Below, piece after piece: positions 63,565-64,000 of a stretch of DNA of 64,000 nt. Made by a program: the position numbers and the translations under genes. The DNA is from Octopus sinensis. Lineage: Eukaryota. The notes beneath the pieces are model-generated. The model saw only the letters and a program-made list of their open reading frames with translations, was not told where the DNA came from and did no database searches. The DNA lies in the NCBI RefSeq assembly GCF_006345805.1, contig NC_043012.1, positions 53,444,001 to 53,508,000 of the forward strand. The letters run 5' to 3'. The number at the start of each line of letters is the position of its first letter. Within the stretch, counting starts at the first letter, position 1.

Positions 63565-63765
63565 GATGCCAAAATTGTTAAGCACGCCGGGAAAAAAGCA
63601 TGGCGGCATTTCGTCGTTGGCTACGTTCATATTCCGCCGTAGTCGACTTTGCCTTTCGTACTTCCGGGGTCGATAAAATAAGTATCAGTTGAACATTGGG
63701 GTCGATATAATGGTCTTGCCACAACTCCACCTCAAAATTGATGGGCTTGTGCCAAAATTTAAAAG
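63565..63765 (+). mobile_element. SINE family B variant
   Basis: gcacgccgg..atttcgtc..gtcgactttgcctttc..cttgtgccaaaattt. Confidence 0.65.
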
Positions 63766-64000
63766 CATTTTACTTATCACTGGTGTCTCTTATGTTTCTA
63801 TAATGCATAAAACATTACATTCACTTAAATAGCGCCAGGTTCGATGAATTTGCTTGAGGAAATGGATCTTCATCGATTTCGACGATGAGTATTTAGCTTT
63901 TTGATCATTCAATCAACTAATCTAGCAGGTCATTGATAGTGTAAGTGGCTGGGTATTCCAAAGAAATTTGCAGCTACGATATATTTCTCAGACGAAATCA

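Overview
Repeat-dense, AT-rich eukaryotic genomic DNA. The SINE, LINE and microsatellite content looks like an octopus (coleoid cephalopod) genome; this is an inference from repeat style, not a database match. I found no host protein-coding gene I can call with confidence, and almost all ORF-track entries are microsatellite or antisense artefacts. Identifiable content: (i) several tRNA-derived SINE families, labelled A-D here, with nested insertions and head-less tandem multimers; (ii) LINE remnants: a 5'-truncated Tx1/L1-type element with YADD, plus RTE, R4/Dong-like and HERO-like fragments; (iii) Penelope-like elements (PLEs) with GIY-YIG remnants and about ten minimal type I hammerhead ribozyme motifs, some intact, some with variant cores, and two fold-back mini-elements carrying a hammerhead on each strand; (iv) DNA elements: an hAT pseudo-transposase, DD37D Tc1/mariner fragments, a Tigger/pogo-type MITE and a non-autonomous Helitron; (v) a ~490 bp non-coding element sitting in (TAA)n arrays; (vi) four diverged same-strand copies of an unclassified ~1 kb block at about 4 kb spacing (25.5-38 kb). 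All translations and pairings were done by eye; some boundaries are approximate to within ~10-20 bp.
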